Origin: Candidatus Oxydemutatoraceae bacterium
GTDB taxonomy: Bacteria > Pseudomonadota > Gammaproteobacteria > Poriferisulfidales > Oxydemutatoraceae
Length of the DNA stretch: 64,000 nucleotides
NCBI GenBank assembly: GCA_965219575.1
Contig: OZ244779.1
Span: 1,409,928 to 1,473,927 of the forward strand
Direction of reading: 5' to 3'
The notes beneath the pieces are model-generated. The model worked only from the letters and a program-made list of their open reading frames with translations. It ran no database searches and was not told where the DNA came from. Within the stretch, counting starts at the first letter, position 1. Every line of letters starts with the position of its first letter. Below, piece after piece: positions 29,225 to 38,644 of the stretch. The translations under genes and the position numbers were made by a program.

Positions 29225-32200
29225 ATGCCGAAACATACCGAATACGCTTTTGAGACTGCGATTGAAACCGCGCTAACCGGTTCCGGTGGCTATGAGAAGC
29301 GTAGCCCCGATGCCTTTGATGAAACACTTGCGCTGTTCCCCGACGATGTTTGCGGTTTTCTCAAAGACAGCCAAGCTACAAAATGGAGATCACTTGAAAT
29401 GTTGCTTGGAGAGAAAACCAATGCAACCGTGTTGGAAGACTTGTCGAAGGAATTGGAACTCAAGGGTACGCTTCACATTCTACGCCACGGCTTCAAGTGC
29501 TACGGCAAAACATTCCGCATGGCTTGGTTCCAACCGAACACTGCTATGAATCCCGAAGCTGCCCAGAACTATGCTCGGAACCGGCTGACCGTTACTCGGC
29601 AAGTTGCTTTTACTTCGGTTCTGGGACATGCGGACGGTAAAAATCGCCGTTGCATTATTGATGTTGCACTTTCCGTTAACGGCATTCCCGTCGTCACTGC
29701 CGAACTTAAGAACCCGCTAACCGGGCAATGCGCCGCTGATGCAAAACACCAATATATGAATGAGCGAAGTGGGAATGATTTGCTCTTTGATTTCAAAAAA
29801 CGAGCACTGGTTCATTTCGCAGTGGATGCGGACGAAGTATGGATGACAACTCGCTTAGAGGGCAAGGAAACCTCTTTCCTACCTTTCAACCGGGGCAATA
29901 ATCATGCAGCAGGCAATCCGCCGGTTGAAGGAAACCACAAGACACATTATCTATGGGATGAGGTACTGCAGGCTGATAGCCTATTAGATATCTTGCAACG
30001 TTTCATGCACCTTGAGGTCAAGGAGAAGTATGTCAGACTCTACGAGGGTATGCAAACCGATAAGAGAGAGACGATGATATTCCCACGCTATCACCAACTT
30101 GATGTGGTTCGGAAACTGGTCGCACATGCAAAGGTTCATGGTGCAGGGCGGAATTATCTAATCCAACATTCGGCTGGTTCGGGTAAATCAAACTCAATTG
30201 CATGGCTTGCACATCGATTGGCTAGCCTGCATGACGAGCATGACGAAAAAGTGTTTCATTCCGTTGTCGTAGTGACCGACCGGCGCGTATTAGATCAACA
30301 GCTACAAGAAACGATATACCAATTTGAACACAAGACCGGCGTAGTGGAGAAGATTGACGAAAACACACAACAACTCGCCCGCGCCTTATCCCACGGTACG
30401 CCTATCGTCATTACCACCATACAGAAATTCCCTTTCATCTCGCGTGCGCTGACAACCCTTGAGAATAAGGGAGACGACATAAAAATCAATACTGCAGGTA
30501 AACGCTTTGCCGTCATCGTTGATGAAGCACACTCATCTCAGAGCGGAGAAACTGCGGCTACTCTTAGAGGTATGTTGAACAAGGAGGGAATCGAGGCTGC
30601 CATTGCCGCCCAACTTTCCGAAGAGGAAGATAGCGACCTCTCCGATGATGCAAAGGCAGCGATACTACGCGATGCACTGAAGCGGAGACGCCAGCCTAAT
30701 ATCAGTTTTTTTGCTTTTACAGCCACACCCAAATTTAAGACCAAAGCCTTGTTTGACGAACCCGGTCCGTCCGGTGCATCTCCGTTTCACGAGTACACCA
30801 TGCGGCAAGCCATTGAGGAAGGTTTCATCATGGATGTGCTTCAAAACTATACCACCTATAAACGTTTCTTTGGTCTAATCAAACAGATTGAGAGTGATCC
30901 CGATGTGCCTCGCAGAGAGGCTGCAAAGGCTCTCATGCGCTATCAAGAGCTTCATCCTGTCAATATAGAGCAACTCATCTCGGTGATTGTTGAGCATTTT
31001 TGGCTTAAAGTGAAAAACGAGATCGGCGGACGCGCAAAGGCTATGGTAGTCACAAACTCTCGCCTCGCTGCCGTAAAATACAAACTTGCCTTTGATCGCT
31101 ATATTCAAGACCGAGAATATCCCGGCATTCATTCTCTGGTAGCTTTCTCAGGCACGGTTTCGGATCCGGACATTCCCGGATCGTCGTATACCGAAGTAGC
31201 AATGAACGGTGGCATTGCTGAAACCGAGTTGCCGGATGCCTTCGCAGGAAACGATTATCAAGTTCTTTTAGTTGCAGAAAAGTATCAGACCGGATTTGAT
31301 CAACCCTTATTGCAGACAATGTATGTGGTTAAGAAGTTGGCAGGTGTCCAAGCGGTTCAGACTCTCTCAAGGCTCAACCGCGTCACACCCGGTAAATCGC
31401 GTATCTTCGTTCTGGATTTCGCTAACGAAGAAGAAGACATCTACGAAGCATTCAAACCTTATTATGAGACGACACCTATCGGAAAGAATGCCGAACCGCA
31501 TCGACTTTCCGAACTGCAGCATCGTCTGCTTGGATGGGCTATATTCACGCAAGCCGATGTATATGCATTCGCCGAAGTTTGGTATCGTGGTAAGAACCAT
31601 TCGGTTAGCGATCATCCTCAAATAAACGCTATTCTTGATGCTGTTGTCCAACGCTTCAAGAGTCGCAAGGAAGAAGAACAAGAACAGTTTTTTGGACAGT
31701 TGACGGCTTATAGAGGTCTCTACGCTTTCCTATCACAAATCATCCCTTATGCCGATACCGATCTTGAGCAGCTTTACACCTTCGTGAGAAATCTCTTGAT
31801 GAAACTGCCGCCGATTGATGGCAAAGCCTTTGCTCTAGATGACAAAGTTGCATTGCAATACTTTCGAATGCAGCAAATATCCGAGAATTCTATTAAGCTG
31901 GCAGAGGGTGTGGCGGAACCCTTGAAAGGACCGACCGATGTCGGCACCGGTCGCACTAAAGATCAAGAGGTGACACTTTCAAGTTTGATCGACCGCCTCA
32001 ATGAACGTTTTGGCACGAACTTTACTATGGCAGATCAGTTGTTCTTCGATCAGATACAGACTTCGGCAGAGAACAACCAGAATATTGTTGAAGCAGTGCA
32101 TGCTAATAATTTTGCAGACTTTGTTTCGTATCTAGACACCGCTCTAAACGATCTATTTATTAAGAGAAGGGAGGGTAACGAAGAGATATTTTCTAAGATT

Positions 32201-32287
32201 ATGTCGGACTCCGAATTCCGTTCAATCGTACATAAACATCTTGCGCAAGAGATTTTTAATCGGGTTCGCGAAAAACAATCCTCCTGA
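29225..32287 (+). CDS. hsdR: Type I restriction enzyme R subunit
   Basis: HsdR_N nuclease region, SF2 helicase motifs (QHSAGSGKSN, VVVTDRRVLDQQ, DEAH-like IVDEAHSSQ) and a C-terminal domain, in 1020 aa. Confidence 0.9.
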   Translation: MPKHTEYAFETAIETALTGSGGYEKRSPDAFDETLALFPDDVCGFLKDSQATKWRSLEMLLGEKTNATVLEDLSKELELKGTLHILRHGFKCYGKTFRMAWFQPNTAMNPEAAQNYARNRLTVTRQVAFTSVLGHADGKNRRCIIDVALSVNGIPVVTAELKNPLTGQCAADAKHQYMNERSGNDLLFDFKKRALVHFAVDADEVWMTTRLEGKETSFLPFNRGNNHAAGNPPVEGNHKTHYLWDEVLQADSLLDILQRFMHLEVKEKYVRLYEGMQTDKRETMIFPRYHQLDVVRKLVAHAKVHGAGRNYLIQHSAGSGKSNSIAWLAHRLASLHDEHDEKVFHSVVVVTDRRVLDQQLQETIYQFEHKTGVVEKIDENTQQLARALSHGTPIVITTIQKFPFISRALTTLENKGDDIKINTAGKRFAVIVDEAHSSQSGETAATLRGMLNKEGIEAAIAAQLSEEEDSDLSDDAKAAILRDALKRRRQPNISFFAFTATPKFKTKALFDEPGPSGASPFHEYTMRQAIEEGFIMDVLQNYTTYKRFFGLIKQIESDPDVPRREAAKALMRYQELHPVNIEQLISVIVEHFWLKVKNEIGGRAKAMVVTNSRLAAVKYKLAFDRYIQDREYPGIHSLVAFSGTVSDPDIPGSSYTEVAMNGGIAETELPDAFAGNDYQVLLVAEKYQTGFDQPLLQTMYVVKKLAGVQAVQTLSRLNRVTPGKSRIFVLDFANEEEDIYEAFKPYYETTPIGKNAEPHRLSELQHRLLGWAIFTQADVYAFAEVWYRGKNHSVSDHPQINAILDAVVQRFKSRKEEEQEQFFGQLTAYRGLYAFLSQIIPYADTDLEQLYTFVRNLLMKLPPIDGKAFALDDKVALQYFRMQQISENSIKLAEGVAEPLKGPTDVGTGRTKDQEVTLSSLIDRLNERFGTNFTMADQLFFDQIQTSAENNQNIVEAVHANNFADFVSYLDTALNDLFIKRREGNEEIFSKIMSDSEFRSIVHKHLAQEIFNRVREKQSS

Positions 32288-32508
32288 TATTTAAGTATTA
32301 CTGTGCCGAATGGCACGGCTGTTGCGTCCGTCATTATTCCTTTTCTTTGGAGGAGTGGCAGGCGCAGCCTGACAGGGTGGTTACAATACTACGCGCCACT
32401 CGATTTGTAGTTTTGCAAACCGAATGATTTATACTATCAAGCACATAGGATAGCTTTACATGCTTACCATAAACCACAACCGACAACGCAATTAAATTCA
32501 AGGAGGCT

Positions 32509-33378
32509 TTGATGTTGAAAAATAAAATTGAATCTATGAAATCTGATTGGCACAAAAAATATAAGTCATGGATTCTACGGAAAACAAAATTTAAATCTAT
32601 AAAGCGTTGGTGGTGCGAAAATATCAAACCCTATACACTACTAGAATTGACTCTAAAATATCGAAAAATTTCTCTGGTTTTGGCAGGTACTTTTGGAATA
32701 GTGTTAGCGTGCTATGTGTATCAGTTTTTTTCCAATCAAGTTGATATCAATAAGACTGCCTTGCATGGTAGTTTAACTATTTTAGCCTTAGGCTTGCCTA
32801 CCTTTTTTATACTTTGGTTATTTAGAACCCATGATGTTCAAGAAAATATAAATAATAGCACCTTTTTTGAATGTGCGAGAATGCTGACAGAAAAATATCC
32901 AGAAAAGAACATAGAAGAGAAATTTCCAATACTAGCTGATGAAACAGGTATTCCTCCTCATATATTGGAAAAATCTTTACCAACAAAAATAGCACTTGAG
33001 CAACTCGCATATCTCAGAAGAGAAACTGGTTTTGACAAAGAAAGAATAGAACTCGTTACTCAGCAACTTAAATTGGGTAAAATGTATTTAGTAGGTGCTC
33101 GCTTAAGCGGTTTGAATTTAACTAGAGCCGTTTTATATGATACCCGGTTAAGTTTTGCCGATTTGAGTTATGCTAATTTGACTAGCTCTCTTTTGGATAA
33201 AGCTGATCTAGGAGGTGCTAAACTAATGGGGGCTAATCTGACAAATACGGATACTAGAGAAACCATATTGAGTGGTGCTAAGTATGATAAAAACACTACT
33301 TTCAACTCTTGGCTTGATACCGAAGAAAAGCGTATTAAAGCAGGCATGGTTCCTTATGAACCCGAAGAACAAAAATAG
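32509..33378 (+). CDS. Membrane-anchored pentapeptide-repeat protein
   Basis: N-terminal TM helices, then pentapeptide repeats (ARLSGLNLTRAVLYDTRLSFADLSYANLTSSLLDKADLGGAKLMGANL). Confidence 0.65.
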   Translation: MMLKNKIESMKSDWHKKYKSWILRKTKFKSIKRWWCENIKPYTLLELTLKYRKISLVLAGTFGIVLACYVYQFFSNQVDINKTALHGSLTILALGLPTFFILWLFRTHDVQENINNSTFFECARMLTEKYPEKNIEEKFPILADETGIPPHILEKSLPTKIALEQLAYLRRETGFDKERIELVTQQLKLGKMYLVGARLSGLNLTRAVLYDTRLSFADLSYANLTSSLLDKADLGGAKLMGANLTNTDTRETILSGAKYDKNTTFNSWLDTEEKRIKAGMVPYEPEEQK

Positions 33379-33478
33379 AAATTTTGCCTGCTAATTTATA
33401 TAATGCTCATTATTCAATTTGAAAAAGAGTATAATTTTGCCTCCTAAAAAACCAATGACCGTATCAGCGAAAGCCTAA

Positions 33479-33673
33479 ATGATTAAAGCAAGATTCCAAA
33501 ACATAGGTCCGATTAAAGATGCCGAATTAGAGCTAGGAGATCTAACCATTATTGCCGGGCAAAATAATACCGGCAAAACCTATTTGGTTTATACACTTTA
33601 TAGCCCTTGGGATTTTCAGAAAGACAATTTACTTAACCTTTTGTATAGGCCTGAAGACCACTCTGAAAAATAA
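33479..33673 (+). pseudogene. N-terminal fragment (64 aa) of an AAA/ABC-type defence ATPase (Walker A only)
   Basis: IGPIKDAELELGDLTIIAGQNNTGKTYL is the N-terminus typical of AAA_15/AAA_21-type ATPases (OLD, GajA or PtuA-like). The ORF stops after 64 aa, and its stop overlaps the next start (TAATG). Confidence 0.5.
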
Positions 33674-34590
33674 TGAATTTTCCCAGAACTTTGTATTACC
33701 GCAGGCGTGTGCTACTGGCAATTCTGGCTCGCGGGAAAGGTCGCACGGAGAAAATCCGCCTGCAAAAGTTACTCTTTCTATTTACCCAACATCAAGAGAA
33801 GCCGATTTATCATTTCTTACCGTATAAGTACGGGTGTTATTCATTTCAAGCTAACGAAGATGCTCGGATACTCGCCGATTATTATCGGTTGTTGGCAATA
33901 ACGAAAAACGACAAAGCATACATTGTAAATAGTAAGAAAATTAAAGGGATGATCAACTTGAAACCTGAGGATGAAGAGTGTCTAGACGCTATATTTGATG
34001 CGTATGGAAAACTTTCCAATGATGCCCTTATCTACGAGGTATATAGAAAGTATCCGTACTACGCAATCAATAGCGAGCTTCTGGACAAACCGAAATTTAA
34101 ACCGTTGCGCCGTTATATATCTAAAGAAAAACCACAGATCAAAAATAAACATTTAACGCTTTACACCATAGGTTACGAAGGAAAAAGCATAGAACAATAT
34201 CTGAGAGGTTTAATCGATAACGGCATCTCTGCACTGATAGATGTGAGGTATAATCCTTTCAGCATGAAAAAAGGCTTTTCCAAAAAACAACTACAAGATA
34301 TAACCGGCAGGTTCGGAATAGCTTATATCCATATCCCGGAATTAGGCATTAAGGGAAATTTGCGAAAGAATATAAAACCTCGCACCGAATATAATCAACT
34401 GTTCAATCAATACCGAAAAACCTTAAGCCAAACCGATAAAGAGCAAGCATTGCAGGATGTAGTGAAAATCATTCGGCAACACCGAAGAGTTGCTATCACT
34501 TGCTTTGAGCAAGATCACACATGCTGTCACCGCAATCATGTGGCAGAGGCAATAGCCGACAAACACAAAATAATCATTCGGCACTTGTAA
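33673..34590 (+). CDS. Panacea (DUF4065)-like N-terminal domain fused to a DUF488 C-terminal domain
   Basis: N-terminal half: KIRLQKLLFLFTQ...PIYHFLPYKYGCYSF resembles the Panacea/SocA-like antitoxin domain. C-terminal half: LYTIGYEGKSIEQYLRGLIDNGISALIDVRYNPFSMKKGF...IAYIHIPELGI...ITCFEQDHTCCHRNHVAEAI is the DUF488 (YeaO-like) signature. Confidence 0.55.
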   Translation: MNFPRTLYYRRRVLLAILARGKGRTEKIRLQKLLFLFTQHQEKPIYHFLPYKYGCYSFQANEDARILADYYRLLAITKNDKAYIVNSKKIKGMINLKPEDEECLDAIFDAYGKLSNDALIYEVYRKYPYYAINSELLDKPKFKPLRRYISKEKPQIKNKHLTLYTIGYEGKSIEQYLRGLIDNGISALIDVRYNPFSMKKGFSKKQLQDITGRFGIAYIHIPELGIKGNLRKNIKPRTEYNQLFNQYRKTLSQTDKEQALQDVVKIIRQHRRVAITCFEQDHTCCHRNHVAEAIADKHKIIIRHL

Positions 34591-34595
34591 GATAT

Positions 34596-35085
34596 GAGGT
34601 TTTTGAAAAAGTATGGGGTGTTGAAAAAATGAGGCTGCTGAAAAAGTATTTCATACAATGTAGGGGCGGACTTGCATGTCCGCCCGTAACGCGTTGGCCG
34701 GCACGATTTATACATTCATTCAACCGATTTATGGAAACCAAAACCAAATGGCGTAAGCGGTTGAGTTTGTACAGAACGGTACTTAAGGGCAGACACACAG
34801 GTCTGCCCCTACGACTTTGTGGTTATCATAATTATGTGGCGCAAGCGGTTGGATTTATGCAGTGCCAATACTTTTTCAACAGTCACACGATACAACCAGC
34901 CCATGGAAAGGCTTTACATTTTGTACTATGTACTAAGATTTCGCACAATGTTACGCCGATTGACCTACCGGCTCAATCGGCGGCTCTATTCTGCCCCTAC
35001 GGCTCGGCGGTTTGCGTAAATCCACGGCACAGGCGGTTCTGTTCGTGCAAAACATTATTTTTCTAACAGCTCCAACATTGATACA
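34596..35085. repeat. Repeat block: family A MITE (degenerate left end) plus a family C repeat
   Basis: …GTAGGGGCGGACTTGCATGTCCGCCCGTAACGCG… then GCACAATGTTACGCCGATTGACCTACCGGCTCAATCGGCGG (family C). Fills the gap to dnaQ. Confidence 0.75.
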
Positions 35086-35097
35086 CAGGATGCGCTA

Positions 35098-35781
35098 ATG
35101 AGACAGATTGCATTGGATACCGAGACGACCGGGCTTGAGGTCAGGGATGGGCATCGGATTTTGGAGATAGGGTGTGTTGAGATTATAGACCGCGGTATCA
35201 GCGAGCGGACTTTTTATTCTAAGGTGAATCCCAAGCGTGAGGTGAGCGAAGGTGCGCGACGGGTGCACGGTTATACTTGGGAGATGCTCAAGGGGAGTCC
35301 GCTGTTTGGCAGTGTATGCGACGAGTTTTTGAAATTCGCTCAGGGTAGCGAGGTGCTGATACATAATGCGCCGTTTGATTTGGGTTTTCTGGATGCCGAG
35401 TTGGCGCGTCTAAATCGTGGCACTTTTATACAGGAGACGGGTTGCACCATCATTGACACAGTGGAACTTGCTAAGAAAGTGCATGTCGGTTCGTCTTATT
35501 CTTTGAATGCGCTTAGCGATCACTATCAGATTGATAGAAGTCATCGCGAGTTGCACGGTGCGTTGATAGATGCGGATTTATTGGCGCAGGTTTATTTAGC
35601 TATGACGAGCGGGCAGACGAGTATATCCTTCGCCGGTGAACCGCAAGTTGATAGGCATGAAGTTGTTGCCGCCGACGAGAAAGAGGAGGTTTTGTCCGAC
35701 AAGGGCTTGATAGTGATTAAGGCAACCGAGGACGAATTGAATCGCCACGAACAGTTTTTAGCGGCAAAGTTTGCGAAATAG
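35098..35781 (+). CDS. dnaQ: DNA polymerase III epsilon subunit (3'-5' exonuclease)
   Basis: Exo I motif IALDTETTGL, Exo II LIHNAPFDLGFL and Exo III HGALIDADLLAQVY. Confidence 0.88.
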   Translation: MRQIALDTETTGLEVRDGHRILEIGCVEIIDRGISERTFYSKVNPKREVSEGARRVHGYTWEMLKGSPLFGSVCDEFLKFAQGSEVLIHNAPFDLGFLDAELARLNRGTFIQETGCTIIDTVELAKKVHVGSSYSLNALSDHYQIDRSHRELHGALIDADLLAQVYLAMTSGQTSISFAGEPQVDRHEVVAADEKEEVLSDKGLIVIKATEDELNRHEQFLAAKFAK

Positions 35782-35783
35782 TC

Positions 35784-36290
35784 GTAGGAGGGGAATGGGC
35801 AGCACCATGTTTGTGTTGAAAAAATATTGTTCCGCAAAACCGTAACTGCTTCGCGCCATTAAGTTTACGATAACCACCGAGTCGTAGGGGCAGACCTGTG
35901 TGTCTGCCCAAAACGATACCGCTCTGTACAAACTCAACCGCTTGCGCCATTTGGTTTTGGTTTCCATAAATCGGGTGAATGAATGTATAAATCGTGCATG
36001 CGCAACGCGTTACGGGCGGACATGCTAGTCCGCCCCTACGGCGGTTTGTAAATATTCACGGCGCAAGCGGTTGCAGTTGTGCAAAAACAGTGCTTTTCAA
36101 CTTACGGGCGGACATGCTAGTCCGCCCCTACGGCGGTTTGTAAATATTCACGGCGCAAGCGGTTGCAGTTGTGCAAAAACAGTGCTTTTTCAACAGCCCC
36201 ACGCCAAGCCTCTACATTTCGTAGCTTACATCGTGGTTCAGCACAATGTTACGCCACTTGCCCAACTGGAGCAAGTGGCGGTTCCATTAT
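35784..36290. repeat. Repeat block: family B fragment, a family A MITE with an internal ~88-bp tandem duplication, and a family C remnant
   Basis: TTACGGGCGGACATGCTAGTCCGCCCCTACGGCGGTTTGTAAATATTCACGGCGCAAGCGGTTGCAGTTGTGCAAAAACAGTGCTTTT occurs twice in tandem (about 36030-36200). Confidence 0.75.
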
Positions 36291-36949
36291 TCGTTTCCAT
36301 GCAACACCGAGAACAGGTTCAGCAGATGCACGAATAGCACATAGATGTTGGCGTAAAGCGATACGGTCATCATGACATAGTTGGTCTCGCCGCCGTGTAT
36401 CATGCGGCTGGTGTCGTAGAGTATGAGTCCCGACATGATGAATACCGCAACCGACGATATGGTCAGCGATAGCAACGGTATCGCTAAAAATAGATTGGCA
36501 ACGATTGCAACGAGCAATATAATCAAGCCGGTGAACAGGAAACTGCGCATGTAGCTGAAGTCTTTTCTAGTTGCCAAGGTATATGCGGAAAGTCCGACAA
36601 AAACCGCTGCAGTGGTGCCGAACGACATCATCACGATTTGCGGTCCGTTGCTTAGGCTCAAATAAAGACTCAGTATAGGTCCCAACACATAGCCCATGAA
36701 TGCCGTGAACGCAAAGGTCAGCACCAACCCCCAAACGCTGTTGCGAAAGCGGTTGATGACAAACGGCATGCCGATGAATATTGCCAGCATCAGTAGCCAA
36801 TTCACCGGGCGGGCACCGATATTCATTGCAACCGCAGCGGTGATTGTGCTGGTGAGCAGGGTTAGGGTAAGTAGCAGGTAGGTATTGCTAATAATCCGGC
36901 TATTCGCAAGACCTGCCCGCCTAGATTGAGAAATAACAACTTGTTCCAT
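36287..36949 (-). CDS. Bax inhibitor-1 / YccA family membrane protein
   Basis: Seven-TM protein with a YccA-like N-terminus (ISNTYLLLTLTLLTSTITA). Confidence 0.8.
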   Translation of the reverse strand: MEQVVISQSRRAGLANSRIISNTYLLLTLTLLTSTITAAVAMNIGARPVNWLLMLAIFIGMPFVINRFRNSVWGLVLTFAFTAFMGYVLGPILSLYLSLSNGPQIVMMSFGTTAAVFVGLSAYTLATRKDFSYMRSFLFTGLIILLVAIVANLFLAIPLLSLTISSVAVFIMSGLILYDTSRMIHGGETNYVMMTVSLYANIYVLFVHLLNLFSVLHGNE

Positions 36950-37039
36950 AATAAAAGCCTCCGATAGTTTAATTATGCAAATTATACCAAAATATGTACA
37001 ATGCTTCTATAAGCAAATCCAATTATATAGTACTTAATC

Positions 37040-38269
37040 ATGAGAAAATTTTTGAAAATATCGTATTTGTTTGCCACAACGATTCTGATATGGGTTCTGT
37101 TCAATCCGAATTCAAGTGCGCATACACAGATGTTCGGTTACGACGAACAGCTTTTTGAGACCAACGATTTATCTTGGCGTTTGATTGTGCCGTCGGGCTA
37201 TACGCTCGAGCTATTGGTTGAGATGGAGAAACCGCGTATGTTAACAAGGACGGCAGGCGATGTACTTTTGGTAGGTTCGTCGGTAGGTGATATCTACCGT
37301 GTCAAGCCACCTTATGACAAAGTTGAGATCATTGCCGAGCCGGGAGGTTTCCCGCACAGCGTTACAGTACGCGACGGTGAATTGTTGGTCGGCATGACCA
37401 ACGGTGTCTATCGTGCGCCGTATGAACCCGACGGCAACAAGCGGTTGGACGATGACGATTTTGAACTGGTCGCAGCGTTGCCGTCCGGTGGCGGGCATGC
37501 CAGTCGAACCGTAGCCGCAGGTCCCGACGGCAAAATCTATTTGGGGTTGGGTATCAGCGGTAACTGTAGCGATCAATATATAGGTGAAGGGTATAGTTTT
37601 GCCGAGCAGCGCGGTGGCATTTTGATACTTTCCGAATCAAAAAACGGATCCGCACAATGGAAACCTTATGCAACTGGTCTGCGCAATCCGATGGGTTTTG
37701 ATTGGCATCCGAGCAGTGGTGTGCTTTATGCGAGCAATAACGGTCCCGACCATCACGGCTATGAACTACCGTCCGAATACTTTAGTCGCATCGATTCCGG
37801 TTCTTTTCATGGGATGCCGTGGTTTTGGTTGAACGAGCGCAACGAGTTGCTGGCGGATAATTGTATAAATAGTCCGCCACCGCGCAACGATGCACGGCCG
37901 CCGGTTGCGACTTTTCCGGCGCGTAGCGCGCCGATGGGTGTTGCTTTTGTTCCGCAAGGTGCGTTGCAACCGGAAATGGTCGGCAGTGCCGTTGTTGCGA
38001 TACACGGTTCGTGGGCAACGAAACCGAGAGGTGGCTATTTCGGAAGTAAGGCAACCCGCAGACCGCCTCGTGTTGTATTGGTACACTTTAGAGAGGGTGA
38101 AGCGTCCGAAGTTATGCCGTTGATCGAAGACTTGCAAGATGACGCAGGGGATCGTCTGATGCGTCCTATGGGTGTTGCTTTTGCATCGGACGGTGCGCTT
38201 TATTTCACCAGCGACGGTGGAATCATCGAAGGGTTGTTCAGATTGCGACGCCAAACGGATAAACCTTGA
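37040..38269 (+). CDS. Secreted beta-propeller sugar dehydrogenase-like protein (YliI / sorbosone dehydrogenase family)
   Basis: Signal peptide. Motifs GGHASRTVAAGPDGKIYLGLG and GMPWFW match the PQQ-dependent aldose dehydrogenase family. Family assignment is tentative. Confidence 0.45.
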   Translation: MRKFLKISYLFATTILIWVLFNPNSSAHTQMFGYDEQLFETNDLSWRLIVPSGYTLELLVEMEKPRMLTRTAGDVLLVGSSVGDIYRVKPPYDKVEIIAEPGGFPHSVTVRDGELLVGMTNGVYRAPYEPDGNKRLDDDDFELVAALPSGGGHASRTVAAGPDGKIYLGLGISGNCSDQYIGEGYSFAEQRGGILILSESKNGSAQWKPYATGLRNPMGFDWHPSSGVLYASNNGPDHHGYELPSEYFSRIDSGSFHGMPWFWLNERNELLADNCINSPPPRNDARPPVATFPARSAPMGVAFVPQGALQPEMVGSAVVAIHGSWATKPRGGYFGSKATRRPPRVVLVHFREGEASEVMPLIEDLQDDAGDRLMRPMGVAFASDGALYFTSDGGIIEGLFRLRRQTDKP

Positions 38270-38297
38270 TGGTTTTGTTCGTGCAGAGCAGTTGGGG

Positions 38298-38502
38298 CTG
38301 TTGAAAAAGTGCGGCATCGTACGAATCCAATCACTTGCGCCATTTGGTTTTGGTTTCCATAAATTGGATGGATGAAATGTATAAATCGTGTAGGCACAAC
38401 GCGTTACGGGCGGACATGTTAGTCCGCCCCTACGGGTGGTTTGCAAATATTCACAGCGCAAGCGGTTACGATTGCGCCGAGACGATACTTTTTCAACAGC
38501 CC
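38298..38502. repeat. MITE-like element, family A
   Basis: CTGTTGAAAAAGTGCGG...GGGCGGACATGTTAGTCCGCCCCTACGGGTGGTTTG...ACTTTTTCAACAGCC. Confidence 0.8.
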
Positions 38503-38644
38503 TAGTATTTCAGGGGGCATATTAGCTTTCTCTACAATGGTTTGCGTAATTGTTTCGGGGTTATTTGCTCAGTCCGGCGGCACAATGCCACCCGATATTA
38601 AGTTGGAAATTTGGAGATATTGATAGAATAACTTTCCTCTGTAT

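Noticed and set aside
33379-33478. Short direct repeat AATTTTGCCTGCTAA / AATTTTGCCTCCTAAAAAA upstream of the ATPase remnant
   Set aside because: Only two imperfect copies exist. A promoter element or att-site scar is possible, but the support is too weak to call.
37766-38461. 231-aa minus-strand ORF (and similar ORFs at 16210..16392, 17828..18022, 20549..20761, 34521..35066, 36071..36375, 48763..49141, 51038..51317, 54442..54762, 60292..60587)
   Set aside because: All arise from, or extend out of, MITE copies and share repeat-encoded peptides (RGGLTCPPVTRCAYTIYTF / FIHPIYGNQN). They are also antisense to well-supported genes. They are artefacts, not a gene family.
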